Translations under genes and position numbers: made by a program
Origin: an uncultured virus (IMG/VR IMGVR_UViG_3300029258_003476)
Lineage: Duplodnaviria > Heunggongvirae > Uroviricota > Caudoviricetes
Length of the DNA: 64,000 bases
IMG/VR virus record: IMGVR_UViG_3300029258_003476
Span: 1-64,000 of that record
Direction: 5' to 3' (one strand)
Notes under the pieces: generated by a model
Told to the model about the DNA's origin: nothing
What the model saw: the letters and a program-made list of their open reading frames with translations, nothing else
Databases searched by the model: none
Shown here: positions 1 through 7,041 of the stretch, in pieces
Position numbering within the stretch: the first letter of the stretch is position 1
Layout of the letters: every line of letters starts with the position of its first letter

Positions 1-10
1 GCGCATCGGC

Positions 11-1021
11 ATGAACAAGACGGCCATCAGTGCCCAGCCCTTGGGCACTCTCGGCAAGGTGCTCATGCAGGGCATCAAGTCCCCGGGGGCTGCTCGCAAC
101 GTCGCTAAAGACGTGAAGATGATGGGCAAGGTCAGGGCGCCGTCGGGGGCGTTGCCTCACGCCCCTACGACCCCCATCAACCCGAGCACGCTGCCGTCGG
201 CCAAGATGCCCTCTGGTTCGGTGGCCCCGCCGCCCGCCTCCGGGGTGCGGCCGAGGGTTCAGGTTCAACCGCAGGCTGCCCCCGCGCCCGCGCCCGCGCC
301 CGCCGCGGCCCCCGCGCCCCCACCTTCCAACGTGGGTCAGGCCAGGCCGTATGCCGACAAGGGGCTGACTCCGGAGATGCGGCAGAGGGCCATTGAGATG
401 GGGTGGACCCCCACCGCCCGTGGCGGTCTCAGCGCCAGGGTTGAGCGCCCCCTGTCTTCGAACCCGCGAGCGGACATTGGGCGAGGTGAGTGGTCCAGCC
501 GCCCGTCTGATGTGCAGACCATGAGGGACGTCCGCGGTATGCCGGGGCAAGGTACTTGGCGCAACACCCCCCGGGGCCAGCAGGCGCCCCTCAGCGGCGA
601 GGCGCTTCAGCGTCAGCAGGCTCAGGCTCGGGCCGACTTCGCCGCGCGCCAGCAGGCCGGCGCTCAGGCCCGGACCATGGACCTCGAAGGTGCAGCGTCG
701 CAGCGGGGTGCGGAGGCGTTCAGGGAGGCGCCCAAGGACATCCACGAGGCGGTGATGAACCACCCACTCGTGGCCCAGCACGGCATGCACCCCGATAGTG
801 CGTACGCTCTTTTGAACGACCCGAGGTCTCTGCAAAAGGCCCGATACGGTCGGGTGTCCGCAGCTCCGCAGACGATGGGAACCGTCAGGGGTCCGAACAG
901 CCAGAAGGTCCAGGATACGCAAAACTTGGTGCGAAAGCAGCTCGGGCTTCAGCCACAGAAGGTGCTGACGCCTGACGAGCTGTTCCAGCAGCAGCTCGCG
1001 GCCATGGGCGTGGCCGCGTAG
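11..1021 (+). CDS. Pro/Ala/Gln-rich hypothetical protein, possibly virion-internal
   Basis: Long ORF; N-terminal KTA motif like those in the head-region proteins; low-complexity PAPAPA tract. Confidence 0.6.
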   Translation: MNKTAISAQPLGTLGKVLMQGIKSPGAARNVAKDVKMMGKVRAPSGALPHAPTTPINPSTLPSAKMPSGSVAPPPASGVRPRVQVQPQAAPAPAPAPAAAPAPPPSNVGQARPYADKGLTPEMRQRAIEMGWTPTARGGLSARVERPLSSNPRADIGRGEWSSRPSDVQTMRDVRGMPGQGTWRNTPRGQQAPLSGEALQRQQAQARADFAARQQAGAQARTMDLEGAASQRGAEAFREAPKDIHEAVMNHPLVAQHGMHPDSAYALLNDPRSLQKARYGRVSAAPQTMGTVRGPNSQKVQDTQNLVRKQLGLQPQKVLTPDELFQQQLAAMGVAA

Positions 1022-1029
1022 GAGGGACC

Positions 1030-1452
1030 ATGGAGGGAAGAAGCGAAAAAGTCATGGCCGATGAGGCCACCAACGAGCGCCTTGGTTCGGACTTCGACAG
1101 GGGCTACAAGACCGAGGCCCTCGAGTTCACGACGATCGAGTACACGACCATGCGCGCGGAGTACACGTGGAAGGATGGCAATCTCATCTTCCACTTCTTT
1201 CTGCCCGGCCCTTCCGGTGGGATGAGGCTTCTCGACGAGAAGGGCTACTGGAAGGACACGTTCCCCAACTGTCTGTCGGAAGAGGCCGAGGAGTACTTCG
1301 ACTGCTCGTTCCCTCGTCTCAAGGCCGCCTATGCCGATGAGCTCAACAGCTGGTGGATGAAGGCGGAGAACTTCGACACCATGGACCAAAAACAGTTCGC
1401 CGAGCGCTTTCTCGACAAGCTCGACAAGAGGCTGGAGAAGGAGCTGGAGTGA
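1030..1452 (+). CDS. hypothetical protein
   Basis: GGAGG RBS; follows the previous ORF in an operon. Confidence 0.7.
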   Translation: MEGRSEKVMADEATNERLGSDFDRGYKTEALEFTTIEYTTMRAEYTWKDGNLIFHFFLPGPSGGMRLLDEKGYWKDTFPNCLSEEAEEYFDCSFPRLKAAYADELNSWWMKAENFDTMDQKQFAERFLDKLDKRLEKELE

Positions 1453-1501
1453 CCCCAAAGCGGCCGCTACGTAGTACGATGGGCCGAAACGGGAGAAAAC
1501 C

Positions 1502-2062
1502 ATGAGCTCACGCACGTTCAACAAGCTGTTCCCCAAGAAGCCCCACCTCGTTCGCGGGCGGGGGACCAGCGGAGAAGTACGAGACGTCCGCGAAGATGTC
1601 GACGAGGCGCTCGACAGGCTGGAGAGCGAGTCCGTCATCGACTTGCAGTTCTACTTCGATGGCAGCCTGGTCAACCCGACGGCCGGCGATCATGAGGGTC
1701 AGTACGGCATCTGCCACACCGCAGGCCCGGGACGGCCGGCTGGCTCCATCTGGTACGACGATGGCCTGACCGTCGCCGACGTCACCAAGAAGGGCTTGGT
1801 CGTCTCCCCCCGCGCCGACGTTGCCGGCACCGTGACGATGGACGCCAACGGCATCTATCAGGCTCTTTCGGCCACAGCTCCGTACTCCTGGACAGCCAAA
1901 GGGGGAGGGGGAGGGGTGCCCCCGACCGTTCCTTTGCGGCTGAGCACCTTGGACAGGCTTGCGCTTTCCCCGAGCGACGGGACGCTCGTCTACGACTTGG
2001 ACGAGCGGAAACTCTACATCTACCAGTTCGACATCGATTGGCCCACGTGGTCGGAGGTTTGA
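1502..2062 (+). CDS. hypothetical protein, possibly structural or tail-fibre associated
   Basis: GGAG RBS; C-terminal GTLVYDLD...LYIY segment resembles fibre-protein motifs. Confidence 0.6.
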   Translation: MSSRTFNKLFPKKPHLVRGRGTSGEVRDVREDVDEALDRLESESVIDLQFYFDGSLVNPTAGDHEGQYGICHTAGPGRPAGSIWYDDGLTVADVTKKGLVVSPRADVAGTVTMDANGIYQALSATAPYSWTAKGGGGGVPPTVPLRLSTLDRLALSPSDGTLVYDLDERKLYIYQFDIDWPTWSEV

Positions 2063-2063
2063 C

Positions 2064-2405
2064 ATGGGAACCATCACTACTCAGTACGCCGTAGGCGACT
2101 CGGTTTTCGTCCTCACTCAGGTTCGTGAGGAAGTTCCGGTGGACTGCGACATCTGCCGCTCCACCGGGAAGGTCACGTTGTCCGATCGGGAGTTCCGATG
2201 CCCGGCTTGTGGGGGACAGACTGTGAAGTCGGAGCAGTCCGAAGTGGTGGCCGTCTCGGCCACAGTGCTTCGGGTGCAAGCTTCCGCTTGTACGGACACG
2301 TGCTCCGTCAAGTACACGCTGAATGTTGGATACGGCGTCGTGCGTCGGGAAGAGACGGAAGTGTACGCTTCCGAAGCTGCGGCGAGGGCCGCGTTGGGAG
2401 TCTGA
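2064..2405 (+). CDS. Zn-finger protein (CxxC...CxxC)
   Basis: ATG at 2064 after GGAGG; CDICRSTG and CPACGG motifs. Confidence 0.65.
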   Translation: MGTITTQYAVGDSVFVLTQVREEVPVDCDICRSTGKVTLSDREFRCPACGGQTVKSEQSEVVAVSATVLRVQASACTDTCSVKYTLNVGYGVVRREETEVYASEAAARAALGV

Positions 2406-2406
2406 C

Positions 2407-3753
2407 ATGGCTTACAACTGGGGAGGCGTTCTCAAGGCGCCCTCACCGTTCGACGGGCAAGTGTGGGTCGACCAGGACTTGCACGTGTGGCAGTGGAACT
2501 CGGCTAGCCAAGCATGGAACCGGGCACCGCACATCCAGATGCAACGCGCCTACTCTCGTTTTCACCCGATCGGGGGCAGGCCGGTGGGTTACGACTTCCT
2601 GCCGGACGGGGCCGAGCCGGCTCCGAAAGCCGGCAGGCTCGGCCGTGTGTGGGACGAGGCGTACGAGCTGTCGTTCGTGGAGGTGCGAGGGGCGGCAAGC
2701 GGCACCTTGTACGGACGGCGAGCCCACATGTCTCGCGCCGAGATGCTGGCCTGGGTGGGCAGTGTCGTGCCTGCGCCCCCCAACTACACCGACAACATCG
2801 TCTTGACCGTGTACGAGGCGGTGGACACAGTCGCCGAGATGCCCAAGTGGCACGTGTGGAACGGTCTGTACTCTTCTTTCCGAGGAAGAGAGTGCTACTT
2901 CGGGGCGAACGGGCACGGGCGCTCTACCCTTCCCGCTCGAGCAGGCTACAGCCCCGACTTCGCCACCTATCACGGGGTCGACTTGGAGTACTTCCTGCTT
3001 GCCCGGTTCTACGGCAAGGTCCCCGCGAGTCCCCAGCCGCGCGTGTGCTGGTCGACGAACGCACGGCGTGGCGTGTACAGGCACCCCAACAACACCACTG
3101 CCCGGGTGACTTGCGACGACAGCTCCAAGTACGTGTGGAACAACGCGACGGACTCGTGGGAACCCTCTCCTGTGGGGGACGAGTACGTGCACGACCCTAC
3201 GGCCGGCAGCAACCCGCTGCTGTTGTGGCGATCCCCTGACAGTACCATCCTGCATCTCGAAAGCATGACGAGCGCAGTGCGGGGGTTGAGCGGCATCCTC
3301 GGGGAGGGAGTCGAGGGTCGGGAGGCTGTTGTTGTGCGGGCCATGCGCAACAGGAGCAACAACAACCTGAAGGCGTTCGTCATCAAGCCTTACGGGGTGA
3401 CGGCCGCGGCCTGGAACATGACGGCCGGCAACGCGGATCTCTTGGCGCTGTCCGAGTACGACGGGTGCGCCACCGGCGGGGTCAACGCCTACAACCTGAC
3501 TCGCAACGGTCTCGTGGAAGAGAGGGGTGAGCGGGGGCTTCGGTACAACCTGACGAGGATGTACAGCGCGCTGTACGTCGGGCACAGCTCCCCTTATCTG
3601 CTCACGCACGACACCCCGGTGGTACCTGAGGAGGTACGGTTCTACCTACGTGACCGGACCACAGGCGTGCGAAGCCCGACATCTCGCCAGTGCCTGTACT
3701 TGGAGAGGCGCCGGGCGACGGTGCCCGTCGCCATCATGTTCCGCCACAGTTGA
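2407..3753 (+). CDS. hypothetical protein
   Basis: ATG at 2407 (MAYNWGG) with GGAG RBS, directly after the previous stop. Confidence 0.65.
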   Translation: MAYNWGGVLKAPSPFDGQVWVDQDLHVWQWNSASQAWNRAPHIQMQRAYSRFHPIGGRPVGYDFLPDGAEPAPKAGRLGRVWDEAYELSFVEVRGAASGTLYGRRAHMSRAEMLAWVGSVVPAPPNYTDNIVLTVYEAVDTVAEMPKWHVWNGLYSSFRGRECYFGANGHGRSTLPARAGYSPDFATYHGVDLEYFLLARFYGKVPASPQPRVCWSTNARRGVYRHPNNTTARVTCDDSSKYVWNNATDSWEPSPVGDEYVHDPTAGSNPLLLWRSPDSTILHLESMTSAVRGLSGILGEGVEGREAVVVRAMRNRSNNNLKAFVIKPYGVTAAAWNMTAGNADLLALSEYDGCATGGVNAYNLTRNGLVEERGERGLRYNLTRMYSALYVGHSSPYLLTHDTPVVPEEVRFYLRDRTTGVRSPTSRQCLYLERRRATVPVAIMFRHS

Positions 3754-3778
3754 CCGGCTACTTTCGCGGTGCTACCTT
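3750..3778 (+). promoter_or_regulatory. sigma70-like promoter
   Basis: TTGACC-N17-TACCTT with an extended TG before the -10 box. Confidence 0.65.
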
Positions 3779-3784
3779 CCGGAT

Positions 3785-3907
3785 GGGTGACCTGCTCAAG
3801 GTGTCACCGCAACTTGCGGAGCCTGCTCAAGGTGCTCTGGCCACGAGGGCGACCTGCTCAAGGTGTCGCCGCAAACGAAGCCTCCTCCCCTAAAGGGCGG
3901 GGGCTTC
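3785..3907 (+). ncRNA. putative small RNA or leader: three tandem hairpins with a constant loop, then a GC hairpin
   Basis: CCTGCTCAAGGTG at 3791, 3822 and 3853 (period 31); stems GGTGAC/GTCACC, GGAGC/GCTCT, GGCGAC/GTCGCC; hairpin GAAGCC...GGCTTC at about 3877-3907. Confidence 0.6.
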
Positions 3908-3926
3908 ACCCGTTCTGGAGGTGCCG

Positions 3927-4040
3927 ATGAACCCCACGCTCAAGAAGATCGTCTTCAACCGTCCAGTCTTCTACGCTTCGATCGTTCTGTGCGTCCTGGT
4001 CGTCATCGGGCTGCTCGTCTACGGTCAGTTCTTCGAGTAG
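3927..4040 (+). CDS. 37-aa single-pass membrane peptide
   Basis: GGAGGT RBS; MNPTLKKIVFNRPVFYASIVLCVLVVIGLLVYGQFFE. Confidence 0.6.
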   Translation: MNPTLKKIVFNRPVFYASIVLCVLVVIGLLVYGQFFE

Positions 4041-4053
4041 CTAAAAAAAGGGG

Positions 4054-4081
4054 TTGACCGTCTTTGAGGAGAGGTTACTCT
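4054..4081 (+). promoter_or_regulatory. sigma70-like promoter for the RNA cluster
   Basis: A-tract, then TTGACC-N16-TACTCT. Confidence 0.55.
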
Positions 4082-4092
4082 TTGAACCGTGA

Positions 4093-4196
4093 TCGACCTC
4101 CGACCTCGTCATTGACAGTCAGCCCCTCGAGGGCCCCCAACGCCCGGCGCCTCAGCCCCCCAATAGCGACCGGGCGTTGCCGTGCTCGGAGGTCGA
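4093..4196 (+). ncRNA. putative structured RNA (multi-stem junction) upstream of the tRNA-like genes
   Basis: 11-bp stem 4093-4103/4186-4196; inner stems 4104-4108/4128-4132 and 4138-4147/4170-4179. Confidence 0.5.
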
Positions 4197-4199
4197 CAT

Positions 4200-4272
4200 C
4201 GCTCCGTGGCCAAGTGGCAAGGCACCGTCCCTAATGACGGCGGGATCGGAGGTTCGAATCCTCCCGGAGCGG
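4200..4272 (+). tRNA. tRNA-like gene, Gln-like body, 6-nt anticodon loop CCTAAT (identity undetermined)
   Basis: Acceptor CGCTCCG/CGGAGCG; D arm GCC-AAGTGGCAA-GGC; anticodon stem CCGTC/GACGG; T arm GGAGG-TTCGAAT-CCTCC. Confidence 0.7.
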
Positions 4273-4335
4273 CAGGCCGAGCAGCGGGTAAGAGCGTGTA
4301 CGGGAAAGCTGCTAGGACGGCACGCCAGCACTCAA

Positions 4336-4414
4336 GGACGGGTAGCTCAATCGGTAGAGCGTCGATATGACCAATGGTCCCGCTATGATGGGGGTTCGAT
4401 CCCTCCCCCGTCCG
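4336..4414 (+). tRNA. tRNA-like or pseudo-tRNA with a non-canonical anticodon arm
   Basis: Acceptor GGACGGG/CCCGTCC; D arm GCTC-AATCGGTA-GAGC; T arm GGGGG-TTCGATC-CCTCC; the middle does not form a 5-bp stem with a 7-nt loop. Confidence 0.6.
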
Positions 4415-4603
4415 CTACAGCGAAGCACGCACGGCGGCGTCCTTGGCCACCAGCAGCATCTGCAGAGCGAACGTGCGCTGGTTGCAAGCGGGCAGCTCCT
4501 CGAAGAGCTTCTTGGCGAGCTCGCCGAACGGCTTGCTCACCTTCTGGAGCTTCTCGGGCAGGTGCTCGTAGTCGAAGTACAGCATCAGTTCCGCGTCCAT
4601 CAT
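4415..4603 (-). CDS. small helical phage protein, possibly Acb2/Tad1-hairpin-like
   Basis: FDYEHLP...SKPFGELA...RTFALQMLLVAKDAAVRA, a recurring phage small-protein pattern. Confidence 0.55.
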   Translation of the reverse strand: MMDAELMLYFDYEHLPEKLQKVSKPFGELAKKLFEELPACNQRTFALQMLLVAKDAAVRASL

Positions 4604-4851
4604 CCTTCTCCCTTCTCCTCGGCCCCAGTTTCCTGGTCCAGTTGGTACGTGCCTGCATCGCCAGGATCGTTCGCCACCTTTTCGAGCTTGCTCTTGAGCA
4701 TCTGGAAGAGTGGGTCGTCATCCATGAGACGGCCCCCCTCTGTTCGGTCGAGCACGTAGCTGATGAGGTAGAGCGCCACTTTGGCCACGTTGCGTGGCGT
4801 TGTGAGCTTCGCCTCAACCGTCTTCTCGAGTACTTCGAATGGTACAGGCAT
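4600..4851 (-). CDS. hypothetical protein
   Basis: Tightly packed minus-strand operon with RBS. Confidence 0.65.
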   Translation of the reverse strand: MPVPFEVLEKTVEAKLTTPRNVAKVALYLISYVLDRTEGGRLMDDDPLFQMLKSKLEKVANDPGDAGTYQLDQETGAEEKGEG

Positions 4852-5250
4852 CTATCTCTCCTTCGTAAGCTCACTGAGCTGGTCGATGGTGTCCTGCTGC
4901 TTCTTCGAAAACACTTGGAGCTCCTCGTAGTCCTTGCGGGGCACGTAGTCCTGCTTCTTGATGACGCTCACGGCCGCCGGCTCGTACTGCAGTTTGGCGG
5001 CCAGGTCGGCGATGGTGGATATGAGCACGTGCGGATCGTCTCCACGTCGCAAGCACACTTTGCGGCTGACACGGGTCGCCCCATCGGTCAGCTCGAAGAC
5101 GAGCTCCACGTACTCGCTGTCCGGCGTGGGCTCGTAGTGCACGATGCGGCCGCTGGCATCGTGGATCTTGGTGGTGTCCCGCCCTGCGCCCCACGCCGTG
5201 ACGATGATCTGGTACTTCTCGTTGTCGACAGTCGGCATCCAATCCTCCAT
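4852..5250 (-). CDS. hypothetical protein
   Basis: Abutting genes on both sides, RBS. Confidence 0.65.
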   Translation of the reverse strand: MEDWMPTVDNEKYQIIVTAWGAGRDTTKIHDASGRIVHYEPTPDSEYVELVFELTDGATRVSRKVCLRRGDDPHVLISTIADLAAKLQYEPAAVSVIKKQDYVPRKDYEELQVFSKKQQDTIDQLSELTKER

Positions 5251-5652
5251 CTATCCCTTCCCTCCTGGGGGTGTTGCCCAGTTCGTTCCCGCCGGCGCCC
5301 GAATCCACCACCAGTCTTCGGGCCAGTCGTCCCCCTCGCTGATGGTGTCGCGCTCGTCACGCGAACGGAGTCCTGGCCGGGCGCCGAGATGCACGTAGTA
5401 GGCGTGTTTGGTCTCGCACGTGCCGCACACGGCTTCGATGCCGTCAGCGGTCGGCCGCAGGACCACGATGATCGAGGTCTTGTAGATGTCGATGCGGGGG
5501 TCTGTGCTCTTCCAGCCGCCGACGAGAAGCGCCCTGTTCTCTCCTTGCACTTCGGCCATGGCAGCACGGGAGCTAGCCAGGTTTGCCCTGAGCTGTTGAA
5601 CTTCCTTCTCGAGTTCGTTGATCTGCCGTTCAGCTTCGTCTCGGTCACGCAT
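5251..5652 (-). CDS. hypothetical protein (coiled N-terminus, CxxC)
   Basis: Abutting genes, GGAGG RBS. Confidence 0.6.
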   Translation of the reverse strand: MRDRDEAERQINELEKEVQQLRANLASSRAAMAEVQGENRALLVGGWKSTDPRIDIYKTSIIVVLRPTADGIEAVCGTCETKHAYYVHLGARPGLRSRDERDTISEGDDWPEDWWWIRAPAGTNWATPPGGKG

Positions 5653-5997
5653 CTACTCCTCCTCGAAGCTGTCGGGCATGGCGCCTCCTGTGGCTGCTGC
5701 GGCAATGGGAGGCTCCGCATACTCGGCGAACGTGAGCACGAAGCTCTTGTTGCGAAGCCAACAGCGGGAGTCCACCTCTCGGTCGAAGTCGGCCACCAAG
5801 ATCTCCTCGCCCATCATTCCGCACATCATCGTGTGCTCGCCCCGCCCTTTCTCTGCGTAGCAGCAGGGGCAGGCAAAGCAGTTCGTGATGAACTGTTCGT
5901 CGTACGGTTGTTCGTCTGTGTTCGAGCCCTTGCCTACCGCGGCGTAGCCAATGGCGATCTCGTTGGTGGCGTCGACTGCGGATTCGTCTTTCCCCAT
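5653..5997 (-). CDS. Cys-rich hypothetical protein
   Basis: Abutting genes; CFACPCC motif similar to CCDDCPC in the upstream ORF. Confidence 0.6.
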   Translation of the reverse strand: MGKDESAVDATNEIAIGYAAVGKGSNTDEQPYDEQFITNCFACPCCYAEKGRGEHTMMCGMMGEEILVADFDREVDSRCWLRNKSFVLTFAEYAEPPIAAAATGGAMPDSFEEE

Positions 5998-6000
5998 GAC

Positions 6001-6462
6001 CTAGTCCTCCGTCGTGCTGAGCATCAGGATGTGGTGCTTCTTCTTGAGCGGGCACTCGGGGTCGACCTGTTCGGAGGTGTCCACCGTGATCTCGTGCTGA
6101 ACGATGAACTTGCGCCCCCTGCGATCCGTGCCTTCAGTCTCGGGTGGCATGAGCGAGCAGAGCTTGTCGTCTTCGACGACGAGGCAGGGGCAGTCGTCGC
6201 AGCACTTCACCAGCACCTGTTCGATCTCTTCGGGGACCGGGTAGTTGCGAGGGCTCGCCTCCTTCACGAACTTGCTCAGCCGAACCCCGCCCATCTTCTC
6301 GATACCATCGAGGTCCATGTAGCCACCGTCCTGCTCCGGCAGCTCGAGCCCGAGTGCAGTAGCGGCGTCGCAGATCGAGTTCCACATGTCGCCCATGTGG
6401 TCCGCCAGGCAGGCGTCGCGCGCCATGCACAGCAGCATCTTCTTCATCTCGTCTTTACCCAT
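6001..6462 (-). CDS. Cys-rich hypothetical protein
   Basis: GGAGG RBS; starts MGKDE like its neighbour. Confidence 0.6.
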   Translation of the reverse strand: MGKDEMKKMLLCMARDACLADHMGDMWNSICDAATALGLELPEQDGGYMDLDGIEKMGGVRLSKFVKEASPRNYPVPEEIEQVLVKCCDDCPCLVVEDDKLCSLMPPETEGTDRRGRKFIVQHEITVDTSEQVDPECPLKKKHHILMLSTTED

Positions 6463-6473
6463 GAGGTCCTCCC

Positions 6474-6803
6474 ATGAAGCTCTACATCGTCGTCCGCAAC
6501 GATCTCGCCCCTGGCCTTCAGGCCGCGCAGGCCGTCCACGCCAAGGAGCTGTTCACCCACGAGCACTCCGAGCTCAATGCCGAGTGGTACGAGAAGTCGA
6601 ACAACATCGTTCTGCTTCAGGTGCCGAGCAAGGAAGAGCTCGTGGCGCTTGCGTATCGCATGACGACCCAGTCGATCCAGACGAGTCTGTTTCGGGAGCC
6701 GGATCTGGGGAACGAGCCGACTGCGATCGCAGTTGGGCCTGATGGCGCTCGGCTGCTTTCGACGTTGCCTTTGGCTCTGCGTGATATCCGTCAAGCTGCT
6801 TGA
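6474..6803 (+). CDS. peptidyl-tRNA hydrolase, PTH2 family
   Basis: KLYIVVRNDL..G.QAAQAVHA, W...SNNIVLL, FREPDL...TAIAVGP, LLSTLPL. Confidence 0.8.
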   Translation: MKLYIVVRNDLAPGLQAAQAVHAKELFTHEHSELNAEWYEKSNNIVLLQVPSKEELVALAYRMTTQSIQTSLFREPDLGNEPTAIAVGPDGARLLSTLPLALRDIRQAA

Positions 6804-7041
6804 TGGCGTTGGGGCTCAAGTGGAACTTCGGTTCGTCTGACCCCACCTCGAACAGCACTTTGGCCATGGGGGCGTACACGGCGCCGACGTAGGCGTCCTC
6901 CTTCTGCTGGTCGGTCACCTGGTGCTCGTGACCAGCGCCGCAGTTCGGACACTCCCGAGGCGGGTTGCGCTGCATCTTGAACTCGTAGCGCTCCCAGTGC
7001 TTACCGCACTTCTTGCACACGTAGAAACTCGGCTCACCCAT
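6574..7041 (-). CDS. Zn-ribbon protein; its C-terminus overlaps the PTH2 gene antisense
   Basis: CKKC...CPNC; overlaps the upstream stop. Confidence 0.5.
   Translation of the reverse strand: MGEPSFYVCKKCGKHWERYEFKMQRNPPRECPNCGAGHEHQVTDQQKEDAYVGAVYAPMAKVLFEVGSDEPKFHLSPNAIKQLDGYHAEPKATSKAAERHQAQLRSQSARSPDPAPETDSSGSTGSSCDTQAPRALPCSAPEAERCCSTSRTTRH

Noticed and set aside
283..320. GCCCGC and other short coding repeats (also GAC repeats at 10594-10635 and about 31185-31245)
   Set aside because: In-frame low-complexity protein linkers
3877..3907. IS200/IS605 element
   Set aside because: Only an end-like hairpin; no tnpA or tnpB nearby
4177..6477. 766-aa + strand ORF and other long antisense ORFs (8968-10590, 19065-20600, 22124-23617, 40208-42724)
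   Set aside because: Shadows of real genes on the opposite strand in GC-rich DNA
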